64,000 nt of DNA, from the NCBI RefSeq assembly GCF_006345805.1, contig NC_043010.1:44578001-44642000 (forward strand), given 5' to 3'. Position 1 is the stretch's first letter, and every line of letters starts with the position of its first letter. Positions 49,901-63,932 of this stretch are shown one piece after another. A program made the translations under genes and the position numbers. The notes under the pieces are model-generated. The model was not told the DNA's origin, ran no database searches, and saw only the letters and a program-made list of their open reading frames with translations. The stretch comes from Octopus sinensis. Taxonomy: Eukaryota.

Positions 49901-52900
49901 TGCTGGCTAATAAATGTAGCTTTTTGTTAAAGTAACAGGTAAAAATTTGGTTGAATCCATTAACACTTGGTGGATCTCAACTTCAATATTTGTACTAGTA
50001 ATTATGTCATCATTGCTGAGTATTCAGTTACTGAGCGAGAAAGACTAACAGCAGGAGCAAAGGATCAAGTTGGTACATAATTTATATTGAAATTGTAGCC
50101 CAAAAGCATGGTTGTCCAGCATTCCAAACAATTTGCTGTATATATTGGTATTCTAGATTTTGAGCCAAATAAACTCAAGAATAGTTTATGGTCAGTTTAA
50201 AGAATGCAAGGAAATTTTTTTTTACTGCATAAACAAGTGCCAATGCTCCCTTTTCTATCTGAATATTTTTCAACTTTTGATAGACTATTAGAAGCATGCA
50301 TAACTGACTTATCTGACCCATCAACCATTTTATGCAAGTAATGAATTTAGTGGACCCACTATTTGATGCATATTGGATATAAATAAGCTGTAATAACTAA
50401 CCATTTGTAAAAGAAGAATGTAGTTTAGTTATGTCTGTGGGTGGTGGCAACAGCGTGATAATTGCCGTTTTTTCAGGATCTGGAAAACATTCATCTTTTT
50501 CATGACAAAACCCAAATATGCTAATTGAGGAAGTATTTATTGTTAGTTCTTTTGATCCATCACCTATAGCTATTTGTGAATATGCCCCTGCTAAGTTAAT
50601 CTTGCAAATAGGTCTTCAAGACAGTGATGTAGTTCTAATAAATCATTAAGTTCTGCAGAGAAATCAACGCATATGTAGGAAATCTTGCAAGCATGAAGTG
50701 GATTCGATCCACCATAGCTAAATTTAAATTAGCAGTTCAACAGAACTTTTCTCATGGCAGAACAATGGTTTTTCTCTGACAGCAGTTTTACATTTGCCAG
50801 ATTGCTTTTAGCTAGGCCGAAATAATGTCTTCACCACTTGACCCTTATAACTTCTTCTACTTCACCAAAAGCTAGAATAGGGGTATCACAGTACCACCAA
50901 TGAAGCCCATTGTTCTCAACGATGTGTCTACCTTCTGGATAGTTATAAAAGCAGGAACCCCCATGCAAAAACCAGTAGTCACTTGGTGACAACTGAGTGA
51001 GTTGGCTAGTGACAACTTAATCATGCTAGAATCATGATCTAAAGCAAGGCAGCTACAATGGTCAGCAAGAGTAATGAAATTTACTGTCAGCAGCTATGAG
51101 ACACCTTCCCATGACCCAACAACTTTCAGTAGCTCTAATTCTTTTCTCTTACAACATCATTCTATTGCTATCTGTGGATTACTACTAACAACGTATACCC
51201 AAAACTATACAAAGAAAAATTTCACATCTAACTTTCTTTCACATGCTCTTGGATTTTATAATCTGTCCAATGAGGCAAGGTATTTTCATCGTAATGGTAA
51301 ATAAATACTTAAAACTTCATGCATTGTCCATCTTTCACATCCTACAACATGCCGTTATAACAAATTTTTATCGTTACAACTGTTGCCTCCAACATTTCAT
51401 ATTGTGTACCTAATCAATCATAAGAGTTACAATTTCATTTCAACCAATGAAAAATATAACCCTTAACCATTACACATATATGTATAGAGCCATTTGCTTT
51501 TTTTTACTATAACAATAGGTGATGCCCATGATGAATAATTCACTTTTGATATTACATTAAAATTTTTATAGTCTATCCAGCTTGTTTTCAACTAGTGATA
51601 ACAAAACATAGGATACTGGGCATTTTGTGCATAATTCTAAGCCAACATTGAAAATTGATTTAAATTCTTGTTGAAAAACATATTTTGATTATTGACTGGT
51701 TGGAAGCACACTTGGCTTTTTGCTCAGTAGATAAAATGACTGGTTTGCTGATTTTGTGCTATGTTGATTCAAAACCAAGGGTAATATCAGATGTGTCATG
51801 TCGTAAGCACATATATCCTTCTATCTGTACAGTAATATATATATATATATATTTTTTTTTTAAAGTGATTTTGCCTTCAAATGCGGTATAGACTTCATGT
51901 AAAATAATATTTTCTGCAGTTGATTGGTTTAATTTCGATTCCGATTTCACTTGCCCCAACTTGCTTCCGTGTTGGTGGCACGTAAAAAGCACCATCCGAA
52001 GCCAGTGCCGCCTCGGCTGGCTTCCGTGCCAGTGGCACGTAAAATGCACCAATCCGACCGTGGCTGATGCCAGCCTCGCTTGGCACCAGTGCAGGTGGCA
52101 TGTAGAAAGCACCCACTACACTCACGGAGTGGTTGGCGTTAGGAAGGGCATCCAGCTGTAGAAACATTGCCAGATAAGACCGGAGCCTGGTGCAGCCTTC
52201 TGGCTTCCCAGATCCCCAGTCGAACCGTCCAACCCATGCTAGCATGGAGAACGGACGTTAAACGATGATGATGAATTGGGTTCAATGGCTTTTACTATAT
52301 TCCTGGAATGAGTAAGACAGTAACAATAACCATTTTTATGTCCATAATTGTGACAATTGAGGCATTTTTGTTCCTGTAAGGACAGTAATTTGCATAGTGC
52401 CACTCACTACAGTTCCGTCATGCTGTTGGATAGTGTCGCTGAATTCTTGTAGATGCATACGGCAGTTTATAATTCTCTGAATTCCAGCTTTGTTTCTTTG
52501 CGGTAACTGTATTAGTGGTTGAAATTATTTAATTTCTTGCGGAATTTTGTATCATTTTAGTATCATGCTCAATATTAATTAGTTGTCATCTGATGTGTCC
52601 AATTTGGGTAGGACATGAGTTTGTATATTGTCATAGGCAGATATGAAAATTAGCTTCTTAAATTGGTCATCTGTCATTGTCTTCTAAATTTGTCTAATTT
52701 CAAACATATCTGATGTTAAACAATGAAGATGTCTCACCAAACATGTTTGTAAATTGGACCACCATAGTTTTTAAAGTCAAATTTAGTAAGATGTTTGGGT
52801 AATAGAAAGTTAAAGTACTTGTATTCAATATTGCCTAATTTTTGTAATAGTAGTCTTACCTTACTTGAATCGTCTAGTTCTGATGCTTTATGAACAAAAA

Positions 52901-55900
52901 GATCTGGATAACTGTTATACCAGGATGCAAAAGTTCATTTCATTTGTCATACTCAAAGGTAGGAAGCTTGTTGAAAACTTTTGAGGTGATGTTGCTTTGG
53001 CTGTTAATCAATGTGGTTAAATTTGACTGTTTAAGCTTTCTGGAAGCTAAACCTGTTAAAATATCAAGTTGCTGCTTGTCATGTTTTTGCATTTCTAAGG
53101 ACTTGTTTTCTGTGTGCAATAAATTGAGATCTGCTGCACTTTCCATTTTTCTCTCATCGCCAAATAATGCTATAACATAGGAATATATAATGATACTGTA
53201 TTCAGATAATGATTTTATTAATGAATGAAAAATATCTTATAATAATTCTGCTTGTTACTCTTTTACTTAGCCCATCCATTCCAGGGGATTTGTTGGAGGA
53301 GGGAGAGGTGGTGATGAAGAAAATGTGTAATGTTTTCTTTTTTTGAACTAAGTTTTTTTTTCTACCATTACTTAGCCCATCTATAACACTTTCATGTAAT
53401 TAGATGGAGGGAAAGGTAAAGTGCAAAAGAAAAAGGAGAGAAAAAGAGGGTATGGTGAAGAGGGAGAGTGCTGTGTATTAAGTAATCATTGTATTCCAAT
53501 TTCCTTCACTTTTCAATGATTAGCAGATGAGCGACTATCTTTTGATACAGACACAACACAGACTACCCTTTCAGATTTTTTAGATGAAGTTTTCAAAAAT
53601 AACCCAATAAGTTTACCATTAATTCCATGAAATATTCACAAGTCCTGCTAGTTGTAATAATTCCAAAATGAAATGTAAAATGGTAAATTGTAATTTCAAA
53701 TGTCCATGGTGTATATGAATACGACTACTAAAAACAGGCACCCTGAGGTGGAAAAAAAGTAAGTTCATAAAATGAGTCAATGTATAAATGTTGCCTGATT
53801 TTAAGTCAATAGTGTCATGCGATTGGATGAATAGGCATAAGCTAAAATGATAAATGATGTGAGAGTAGGAAAATGTCACATGATTGGGTGATTTAAAATA
53901 GACAATAAATGTTTTTGTCAAGACAACTAGGGTTGTCTCATCAGTCATTTGCAATATAACTTATTTCATTTAATGCAGTTTATATGCAACATTCATTTAA
54001 CTTATATTTTTAAACAATGCTTTAATTTCAGAAAGGAGAGGTCTATTTCTTTTAAAAATGGTCACTTGTTAAGTTGCTTTAACCCTTTAGTTACCAAATG
54101 TAATGCTAATTTTTTCACATGGTTTTGAATTAATCTTGCATTATCTCATGTCTTTGAGATTTCGATGATGTGATAGTTGATTTTTAGAATAACATTGTAG
54201 GGTAGGTGTGAGAATCTGAATCTGGTCAATTTGAACATGAAACAAATTGAATATTTTGGCTGGATATGACCAATTTAATTACCAAAGAGTCCAAGTATTT
54301 GTAACTTAATGATTTACATTGGCTTTGTATGTTATGTGATCAGTCAATATAAGAAATGTATGGTTAGTGTTAGTATGTTTTTTTTTAATTTTCATTTTCA
54401 TGGAATTTTATCTCATGTATGTATTTTATAGAAGTGATGTAATGGGTGTGATCAGAAGGATTCTGATCACACCCATTAATCTTACAAAATAGGCAAAATT
54501 CTAGAGAAAATATCAAGTTTACATGGTAAGAATACTAATCAAATATCCCATGGAGCCTGAACAGTTAAACATTTAGTTCAGAGATATGAATTAGTAATGC
54601 AGCTTCTAAAATCTAATTGGTTGCATGCTGGACAGAATTACTAAATTGGGTGCTATTTAGGTTATTCAGTTTATAACCTAACCAAAATATACACCATCAG
54701 TCCAATCTTTTGCTTGCATTGGAAAATGAAACAAGTAACATCATGATCCTTTGTATATGTTGTTGGTGTCACAACTATTGTACAAGTTCACAAAACACTT
54801 ATCAATTATATATGGTTTCCAGATCAAACTGATGACAAGGTACTGAAAATTTTATGTCCTATTTTCATATTGTGTACCATTAATAAATTATTTTTTTTTA
54901 TGTTTCAGGTACATGGAAAGGAAGCTCTCTTGTGAGTATTATTATTTTCAGGCTATATTTTTATGTTTTTTATAGAACACAGATCATTGTCATAATCATT
55001 TTGTGTCTGTCTACCATGTTGGCATGGGTGTATGGTTTTTACCACTCATTGTGGCCCCCATTATCTGGCAGTATAGGGAACTGGTTAACTTTGTATTTGT
55101 GTATATCTTACCAGTGTGCTCTGGTGTCTTTGTGCCTCTGGTACTAAGAAAAATTGTTGGCGACAAGTTTGAAGAACCTCTTCTGTCTTGTATCAGTTCA
55201 GAGTTAATCCCTTCCCAGTCAAATAGACTGCTTAGTATCCATAGTTATTTGGTTATTCAGTTTCAACAGCAATTAGGTGCATTTCACTATGACAAAAATA
55301 TTTCACTATTATAAAAATATGACAGCAATGCCAAGAGTTCTTCATCAACTCAGAAACAATTAATAACAAGCTCTGACAACCTTCCAACTGAATGATAAAA
55401 AATTATGGTTGTGAACTTGCTGGCATTTTAACAGCGCTAGTCACTATATTATGATTAGAAGAAATTGTACCTCAGAAATCAAGGATGCCCATATTCATGT
55501 GCTGCATAATCAAAGGGAAACTTTTACAAAAAGCCTTCTTATCTGCAAGTGGTTATATGCTCACCAGAATTAGATTTTCCAGAACGTTAATCATCATTGA
55601 TACTCACAACATCTTAACTGAATTGCTATTTGGGCTCCATTTTGGAAAATCTTCACATGATATACAGTGTACTATTTTCCTTGTCTGACACGATAATTTG
55701 TGATACAGGATTTGATTATGACGATTGGGTGTCATGGTACAAGGAGTTCTATTCTCCAGAACCAGAGAGGCAGTGATCATTTCCAAACAAATTCTGAAGT
55801 GAAACAAGGTTGTATCCTATCACCAACATTTTTTTCTGCTTTATTTGAAGGAAACTTTCATGAGAACTCAATGGACAGTAAACTGTTCAATATCAAGTAA

Positions 55901-58900
55901 CAGAAATTTAGTTCAAATTCAAAAATAATGACAGCATGCAAGTTATTTTACTTTAATGATTGTGATATTGTTACCTGTTTAGAGATCCTGCAAGCACTTG
56001 CAACTAAAGTTTACAGAGCAAAGTTTATAACCTGCTGATTGATACAAGTAAAACTAGTTATGCAACATAATATTTGGGTCCAGCCTGTTGCCTTGTTAAC
56101 CATCATTAGTGGCTCTGACTTGCAATCCATATGTTATGAAATTACACCACAAACAATACCTCATAAGATAAAGAAATAAAAGAACATACTGTGCAAAGTC
56201 AACTTTTAGTTCTCTATACAGAACACCTCTTTGACAAATCAAGAAATTTATGTCTGTATTAAATTGGTTGTAAACAAAGGAAAAGTGATGCATGTTTTTG
56301 TCTCTGTTGCTGTGGAACCTGGTCTCTATATACAGAATACAGCTAGCACATATAAAGGCGGAAGTGACTAAACAGTGTGACCATTGAGAAAATTCAACTG
56401 TGAACAAAAATACTTTCCTAAGGCAATTTTTATTATTATTATGAGCTGCAAATGGGAGTCTGGTGACAGTTGGAACGAAAGAAGAGATACAATGGTCAAC
56501 TTGAACATGCATTTGGTGTAAGATAATCCAGGCCTAAAAGGAGGAGCTGACAATATATTTCATTGATAGGCACTGTGGGGTTCAGCATCAGCCAATAGTG
56601 TAAAAACCATGCAAGTATATTCACTAAATGAAACGAATAGGAAAAAACTCTGCTACTGAAAACCAGCAATCACCATCACCACCATATATGTGTGCCCCAC
56701 ATGTGCAAGAATATGGGTTTCAGGTCAGTTTTTACACACACGTGCACTTGCTCCTGCTGGTTAATATCATATGTATCATTAATAACAACATTTTCATTGT
56801 TGAATGTCTGTGTGTGTATCATCATCATCATCATCGTTTAGCGTCAGTTTTCCATGCTAGCATGGGTTGGACGGTTCAACTGGGGTCTGTGAAGCCAGAA
56901 GGCTTCATCAGGCCTAGTCAGATCTGGCAGTGTTTCTACGGCTGGATGTCCTTCCTAACGCCAACCACTCCGTGAGTGTAGTGGGTGCTTTTTACGTGCC
57001 ACCCGTATGTGTGTATAAATATTAGTGAAGTTGCTAGACAAATTGTCTTGCAGCATCTGTTCTGAATTCCAATTCTGCCTATACACTGATAGTTAGGGCT
57101 GATCGCCAGTTCATCAGCCTCTCATCCAGTTTGCAATTGATCAGTTTCAGTGGTTTGACCTACAACGAGCTTGGATAAGCCAACAATAGCATGCTAAGGC
57201 TTTATCCAGTAGTTGATAAAAAAGAAAAAAAAAGATTAGAATGTGTATATGTGTGTGCTTGCAGATAATTAGAACATCTGTGTCACAACTTGAAGAATCA
57301 TGACCCTCTTTAATCCTTTTGCATTGGAATATCCTTCAAGGCACCACCCAACATGTTGGTCAAAATACTTAGCTGCATTTCTTCTGGCTCTTTACATACT
57401 GAATTCAAATCTTGCTGAGGTCAAGTTTGCTTTTCATTCCTTTGAGGTAGATAGAATAAGGTACTAAACAAGTACTGGCGTTGATGTAATTGATGTGTTG
57501 CCTCCTCCCCTTCCCAATTTCCAAATGTAATTGGCATGTTGCTTCCTCCCCATTCCAACTCAGGGAATATTGGGATCTTGATCACTTACATTCTATGGGA
57601 ATCCTAGGGCTCAAGAAAAATTTAAAGTAGAAAAAAACATCTGCAAGAAGACCTCTTACAAATGGTCCTTTTGCCACCTGCAGTCCTGGTTGTGGTGCCT
57701 CCCTAGAGATGATTGTCACTGTTAACTATGACAAGTCTAGGCTTTTGTGTCACATACTCTCATTACCTCAATTACTTTAACGATTTCTCTGCTAAAAAAT
57801 GTCTACTACAAATACTCCAATACTTTTAACTATTCAGAAGAATTTCTACACATGGAGAGTTTATTATTTTCACTATCAATAACTGAGCACAACACTTGGC
57901 TATACATAAAGAATTTGATTCAATTAACTCGTCTCTCACAGCCATGCTTGGTCATTTAGATCCAAATAACCTTATCACTCTGTGTCATGGAGAGAGCCTT
58001 AATCACCTCAGGCCTTTGCTATTTACTTCCCTCATCCTTTACCATCAAATTGATCATCCTTAGCAGCATCATGAGAAGACATGGTTTCTCAACTGTAAGA
58101 AAAGTGACTGCTCTAGGATGTTGTATGTTCTAACAAATCCAAAGAATTTGTCTTTCTCTGAATGTAAAAAGGGAGTACGGCTGTTAGGAAAGCCCCCCCC
58201 CCCTTTTTTTTTTGTACTGTTGAGTTTAATTCTTTAATTTTTCTTGTTGCAGTGAAGCTTAATGGCGGCCGAACTGTAAGTGGCATCTTGCGTGGCTTTG
58301 ATCCATTCATGAATCTGGTGATTGATGAATGTGTGGAAGAAACTAAAAATGGAGAAAAAAACCCCATTGGAATGGTGGTATGTATGGTTCTATTAGTTGT
58401 ATGTAAAATATCTTAATATTTTCCTTGATCCATAATACTGATTTATTAATTGGTACCAGGATAAAGGAGTAGTTTTATTGATTAAACTCTGGTATTTATT
58501 GTCTTCACTACTGGAGGGTGAGCTCAAATGTGGAAGGAGAAAAAGTTAAACATATTACTGTTTCCAAAGAATTTTGTTTGTTTTGGGCTGTAATTTCTAA
58601 TTTGTGAATGTATCTTGATGCTGCTTTTTTTTTTTTTTTTGCATCTCTCTGCCCCATCCTCACTCCAATTCAGGCACTGTTGACAATCCTCACTTCTGCA
58701 TCTTCCTTTCAATCCTTACATTGCCTACTTCCACTCTCATTTTCCTACCCACTCCTGGTTTCTGTCTGCACTTCCGTTCACCTGGTACCATATGGGCACC
58801 TCATTACCATTATTTTATCTCTTTGCAGCTACTACTGATTTATTTCTCTCCCCTAAATGTGAGTAGCCATGTAGCTCCTCCGTAAGAACCTGCTTTTCCC

Positions 58901-60779
58901 TTCTGCTTTTATACCTTAACATTCATCTGTTAGCATAAAGCTCTTCCTTTTGGGTTTCATAGGCTTGCAATCTGTAGAGTGTTAGAAAGGGCATCCAACC
59001 ATAGAAACTATGCCAGAGCAGACACTGGAGCACAGTGCAGTCCTTGGACCCATCAGATCCTGTCAGACCATCCAACCCATGGAACATGGATTTTAAATGA
59101 TGATAGTAACTTGACTGCACAAGTGATTATAATATAAGAGGTTACATGCATTGTTAAAGGAAGTGGTTCTGGCAAAACCATGAGGCATTTTATTCAAGGG
59201 TTCGTCGATCTTAAAAGTTGATGTATATAATACTGTCTTCACATGTAAAAGTGTTAGAATGGTGCTTAGAGGATTTTGCTGAATTTGAATAAATGACCCA
59301 GTGTCTGAGTATAGAGGTTGGAAGAGATATATGGATTCATGTTAACTGTCTACAAAAATTTTTGAGGAATACACGTAGAACATGCAGATTTTTTTTTATT
59401 TGTGAACTAGCCTGGGAATTTGGTTCAGTTCCTACATCTATTACTGAATATGCAAGCTTTGATTTTCTGGACTTATCTATTTGAGTGCAACCATAGAGAT
59501 GTGTGAATTTTGGTTCTTTTAATTGCCTGGAGATGTTTTCAAAAGCTATTTGTGGTTTAATAGCTCCAGGCCATCCTGTGTCAAAGGGACTTCAGTTCTG
59601 GTTGTTGTCTCTTTTTTCTTTTGTTTGTTTCATACAGACAATATATCTAGGAGTACATTACTCAAAGTGTCCTTCATTTTTAAAGGCAATTGTAGAATGT
59701 GATTTGTAGCAGATTTAGTCACTATTTTTTCAGTTTAAGTGGCCCTGTAAAGACCCTTCAAGTATGAGTTTATGGTTTAGATGGGAAACGGATTTTGAAA
59801 TTCTATTTTATCTTTTTTGATGGTAGATTTTAAAGCATATTTGCTTGTTGTAATGTCACAATGTTGGGGTTGTTGAAGATGCTCATGATGTTACTGGTTT
59901 AATTTATTTTTACTATCTTGATGTTTAGTTATATTTATACAGCAAAGAGATGCATATGAAAAAAATAAAATGCATATTCCATAAGATAACACTGACTGCA
60001 AAGCTGAAATAGCCAAATCAAAATTAGGATCAACATAAATGCCAGCAATTTAAGAGGGTTGATTGTGTTAATATATTCCCATTCATGTACTAAGTTTGGC
60101 CTTGTTAGGCCCATTTTGGTGTCTTTTTGAAATTGAAGTTGGTCTAATTTAACCTTTTACTTTTTCTGAATATTGGCAATATGTTCTGGGGTAGATTTAG
60201 CTGACTATACTTTTTTCTGGATACAAATTTGGTTTGGTGTGTAATAAAAAAAAAAATTGTATTGTTGATTTAGTTTCTTTTCAGTGTGCATTAGAAAAAA
60301 AAATCATATTTAATTTTGAATGCAAATTCTGCTGTGGTCAGTTAAGTTAGTATGAAATAAAACTTCAATCAGTAATTATGTTAATATTTGCTGCTGTTTT
60401 TTTAGAAAGTAAAATGAAAACATGCAAAGGACTTGCACCTAGGTAAATGAAGTTAAATTTATGCTATCATTTGAGGGGCACTTTTACTTGAAGGTCAGAC
60501 ACTTCCTAACTCAGTTGATATTGTTTGGCTTCATATCAATCCTGTTCAGGCAGGTTTATATAAGTTTTCCAACTGTGACCATCTTATTTTCAGATATAGT
60601 ATGTCTGCTATTTTGAATCAGTGTTTTTTTTTTTATTTATATATATTTATATATATATATATATATATGATTTCTGAGAAGTACATTTTTTTTTAATGAT
60701 TGTGCCTTTTCTTTCTTTTTTGCAGGCAGTTCGTGGCAACAGCATAGTCCTACTTGAGGCATTAGACAGAGTTTCCTGA
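46108..60779 (+). CDS. SNRPG: Small nuclear ribonucleoprotein G (Sm-G), 77 aa; exons 46108-46139, 54909-54931, 58253-58377, 60726-60779
   Basis: [77 protein letters not shown]. Contains the Sm1 and Sm2 motifs; all introns are GT-AG and in phase. Confidence 0.97.
47750..48577 (-). mobile_element. Decayed mariner transposon
   Basis: [16 protein letters not shown]...[41 protein letters not shown] and [23 protein letters not shown]. Confidence 0.9.
48720..53940 (-). mobile_element. Decayed Ty3/Gypsy LTR retrotransposon inside SNRPG intron 1
   Basis: Direct repeats at 48720-49070 and 53168-53940 (the latter interrupted at about 53250-53655), each with TG...CA ends. PBS-like TGGCGATGAG follows the 5' LTR and PPT AAAAAGGAGGA precedes the 3' LTR. 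Integrase [20 protein letters not shown]...[10 protein letters not shown] plus RNase H, RT and gag remnants. Confidence 0.88.
54440..54478. repeat. Perfect 18-bp hairpin
   Basis: TAATGGGTGTGATCAGAA-gga-TTCTGATCACACCCATTA. Confidence 0.95.
54909..54931 (+). CDS. SNRPG: SNRPG 23-nt exon 2
   Basis: ttcag|G TAC ATG GAA AGG AAG CTC TCT T|gtgagt. Confidence 0.93.
55690..56790 (+). mobile_element. Highly decayed RTE (BovB-like) LINE fragments
   Basis: [21 protein letters not shown] (RT motif) and a terminal CPTCAR zinc-finger-like remnant. Confidence 0.6.
58253..58377 (+). CDS. SNRPG: SNRPG exon 3
   Basis: [26 protein letters not shown] (Sm1 motif). Confidence 0.97.
60726..60779 (+). CDS. SNRPG: SNRPG exon 4
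   Basis: [17 protein letters not shown] (Sm2 motif). Confidence 0.95.
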   Translation, partial: AVRGNSIVLLEALDRVS

Positions 60780-60909
60780 AGTTGACTTTGTCAGTCTGTG
60801 TATATGAAATCTAATTGTTGAAATAGAATGTGTGTGTGTGTACAATGTGAAGTGTGAATGTAGATTTTAAAAATATTTCATTTTCTTTTTAAAAACACAT
60901 TTTGTCTTA

Positions 60910-60915
60910 AATAAA
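60910..60915 (+). terminator. Candidate polyadenylation signal of SNRPG
   Basis: AATAAA about 130 nt after the stop, with T/GT-rich sequence downstream. Confidence 0.5.
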
Positions 60916-61883
60916 TCACCTTTTATCACAAAGCATAGTCATTGTTGTAAATTTTGTATAACTATCCAAGAAATTGTTCAAGGGTTCACTTTAATTTTTA
61001 TTATTTTTTTTTCCCCATTTGTATGTGTGTTAGTTGGGGGCTTCCTAAATTGGTCTGAATAGATCAGTGGTAGTGGATACAAGCTTAGGACTTCATGGAA
61101 ATGGTAATTTACTAGTTTGTATTTATAGATCCCTGGCTCATATAGACTAATTGTCAAATATTATACATGGGTAAAATGCCTGATTGGATGTGATGGCCAC
61201 CAGTAATGTGTCATTCATGTATGTTCAGAACTTATGGGTTATTTAAATAAACAAATGATCTGGCTCTGACTGAAACAATTTGGATGTTTTGGGTATAGTT
61301 AATGATGAATATAGCTATATTGTTGTCACAAAAGAATACATTTAAAACCAATTATATATTAAATGAATGAAATGATAAAAATGCTAAATTGAAAAACATC
61401 ACATTTTATAATGAATTATGAGATGTTCTTAGTAAAAAAACAAAAAGGGGCTTTTAATAAAAATAAAAGAAAAACAGAAAAGCTAAAATTAAAACTCGGT
61501 GCCTGAAGTTTTAATTTCTTATCCCTGGCAACCTATTTTCAATTATTAAATTATTAACAGACAATCTGATTCTGACTGACAAGATTTGGATCTTCATTTG
61601 TTAACTCTTTAACGTTAAGATTACTCTGCTGTCAAATGTAATGCTTATTTATTCACACTGTTTTGAATTAATCATGCATCATCTCAATATTGAGATCATT
61701 TATTTTTAGAATAATGTTGTAGGTTATGAGAAGCCAGATCTGGCCGATTTAAATGCTGAAGGGTAAGTCAGTTTAGTATTGCCAGTTGTTTGTTAGTGTG
61801 GCTATTAGGTCATTACTAATATAATATCAATTCACCTGTCTGTATTTTGAAAAAAAATTTAATCTTGAAACCAGAAGCATTAA

Positions 61884-62916
61884 CCCTTTCGTTACCAAAC
61901 CGCCCAAAGCCGCCCGAATTTACCTATTCATATTTAAATGAGAATATCAGAGCAAATCTCTTCAGTACATTCGTGAAAACACGTATTATACTTCGTAAAC
62001 AGTTCAACTACAGTTTTGTACAATAATCGAAGTGTAATTTTAATTCCGTGAATTTTGGGAGATTTTTTTCCGAAATTTGTTCCTATTGTGTTTTCAAAAT
62101 TTGTAATTCTGACAAAAAATGGATACGAATTTCATTATATCAAGCAGCGAGTCAGAATTCGAAGGATTTTCTACTGAAGACCTTCATAAATCTAACTCTA
62201 TGACTGAAAAAAAAAAAGCACATGGTATTTGATAATGAATTTGATGTTTCATTTTCCGAAAGTGAAAACAGTGAATCTGAGATCTCCGATAGCGATAAAG
62301 AAAACGAATTGGCACCTGAATGGAGTGAAAATTTAAAAACTTTCTTTCGGTGATTTTTCTGCAGAAACTGGACCAAGCCACAGACTTTCCCAGAAGGGTA
62401 AAGCCTTAGGCTATTTCTATTTACTTTTTCGAATGAGCCTATTTGAAATCATTACAGCGAAAACGAACCGTTACGCTAAACAAACAAAACGAAAGAAAAG
62501 ATAGTTTGTTATTTCCCACAACCTTAAATGAAATTAAGGCCTATTTTGCCATAAATATTATTATGGGTATCAGAAAGTTACCCAGAATAACAAATTCTAT
62601 CGTAAAATTTTGTTGTATACCCAATTGAATATTAGCTAATATTTTCTATAGCGATGTTTGAACAAAATTTTAATAATTTTATATTTTGTGGAATTTACCT
62701 GTATCTACCTGTAAATAGTCACTTTGTGACAAAAATTATAGTATAGAATTGGTTGAGAATATTTCATTAAATTATCTTCCAAAAATCAGATTAATATATC
62801 GATAAATAAAAAAGTTATAGTTGTTTAATGAAACCAGACTAAATTTATGATTACGTTAGAAATTAATTGAAACACATAAGGGGTGTAATTTGGTCAGAAA
62901 TATAGTAACGAAAGGG
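61884..62916 (+). mobile_element. piggyBac deletion derivative (1033 bp)
   Basis: TTAA on both sides; perfect 12-bp TIR CCCTTTCGTTAC; acidic N-terminal and FEIITAKTNRYAKQ / TTLNEIKAYFAINIIMGIRKLPRI transposase remnants. Confidence 0.9.
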
Positions 62917-63902
62917 TTAAGAGAAGCAACCCCTTGGTACAGTTCTCAAGACTATCTGAAATTCAGGTTCATAACAAATCTAATGCCTCTTTCTTTGTAT
63001 TGTGAAAAGTAATTTTGTAATGATTCCTGGATTCTCAGTTAAGCTCATCTACTTTAGGCAAATACAGCCTTGAGAATTTTGCAAATTTGTCGTCAATAGA
63101 GCAATCAGAAAAAATATTTCTGATATTGACTGGCTTATCTATAAAAACTCCGTTAAGAATTTGCAAGGAGACTTTAAAGCCTGACTCAAGGATTTCGAAA
63201 TATGGAAATTATTGAATGGATTATTTCTCCAATTGAAACATGCATGTTTAACTTTTACTTATTTCAGTCTGTGGCCATGCTGGAGCACTGCCATTGGGAA
63301 TTTTTAGTTGAATGAATTGACCCCAGTCCTTTTTTTCTAAGCTTGGTACTTATTTTATCATGCCCTTTTGTCAAACCGCTGTTACAGGAGTATAAAAACA
63401 TCAACACTGGTTGTCAAGTGTTGGTGGGGGACACACATACATGATGGGCTTTGGTTTGTCTGAACTGTCTTGGAGAATTTGTTGAGATGGTTTTTTGATT
63501 AAGAAGCAGAGTATATATTCATATTTAAAGGAACTGGACACGAACAAATAAAAAAAGAAAAAAATTAGAATATATCAGTTTTGGCGCAGTTGTTGAAATC
63601 TTAGTTTTTATAGATGGTGGAATATGAGTGCCATGTGCATTATTTACTGAGTGCAAAAACACTTTGAACTCAATATGGTTATTTGCTGCTCAAACTCACA
63701 AATCTAGTATTTGTGATTATTTTTGGTGTCCACTAAATCAATCCTTTCTATTAAAAAATGATTCAAATATTAAAGGTGTTTGAAGATACTTTACTCATGT
63801 AAATTGTATTAAATACTGGTAAATTAGTTATTTAATTGATATTCAATTAATTTGGGGACGAATTGAAATCAAATCTTTTTATTAGTGGTATATGAGAAAT
63901 CC

Positions 63903-63932
63903 TGCTACCCTCTCACAGAAGAGAGGGTAGCA
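63903..63932. repeat. Perfect 12-bp hairpin
   Basis: TGCTACCCTCTC-acagaa-GAGAGGGTAGCA. Confidence 0.85.
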
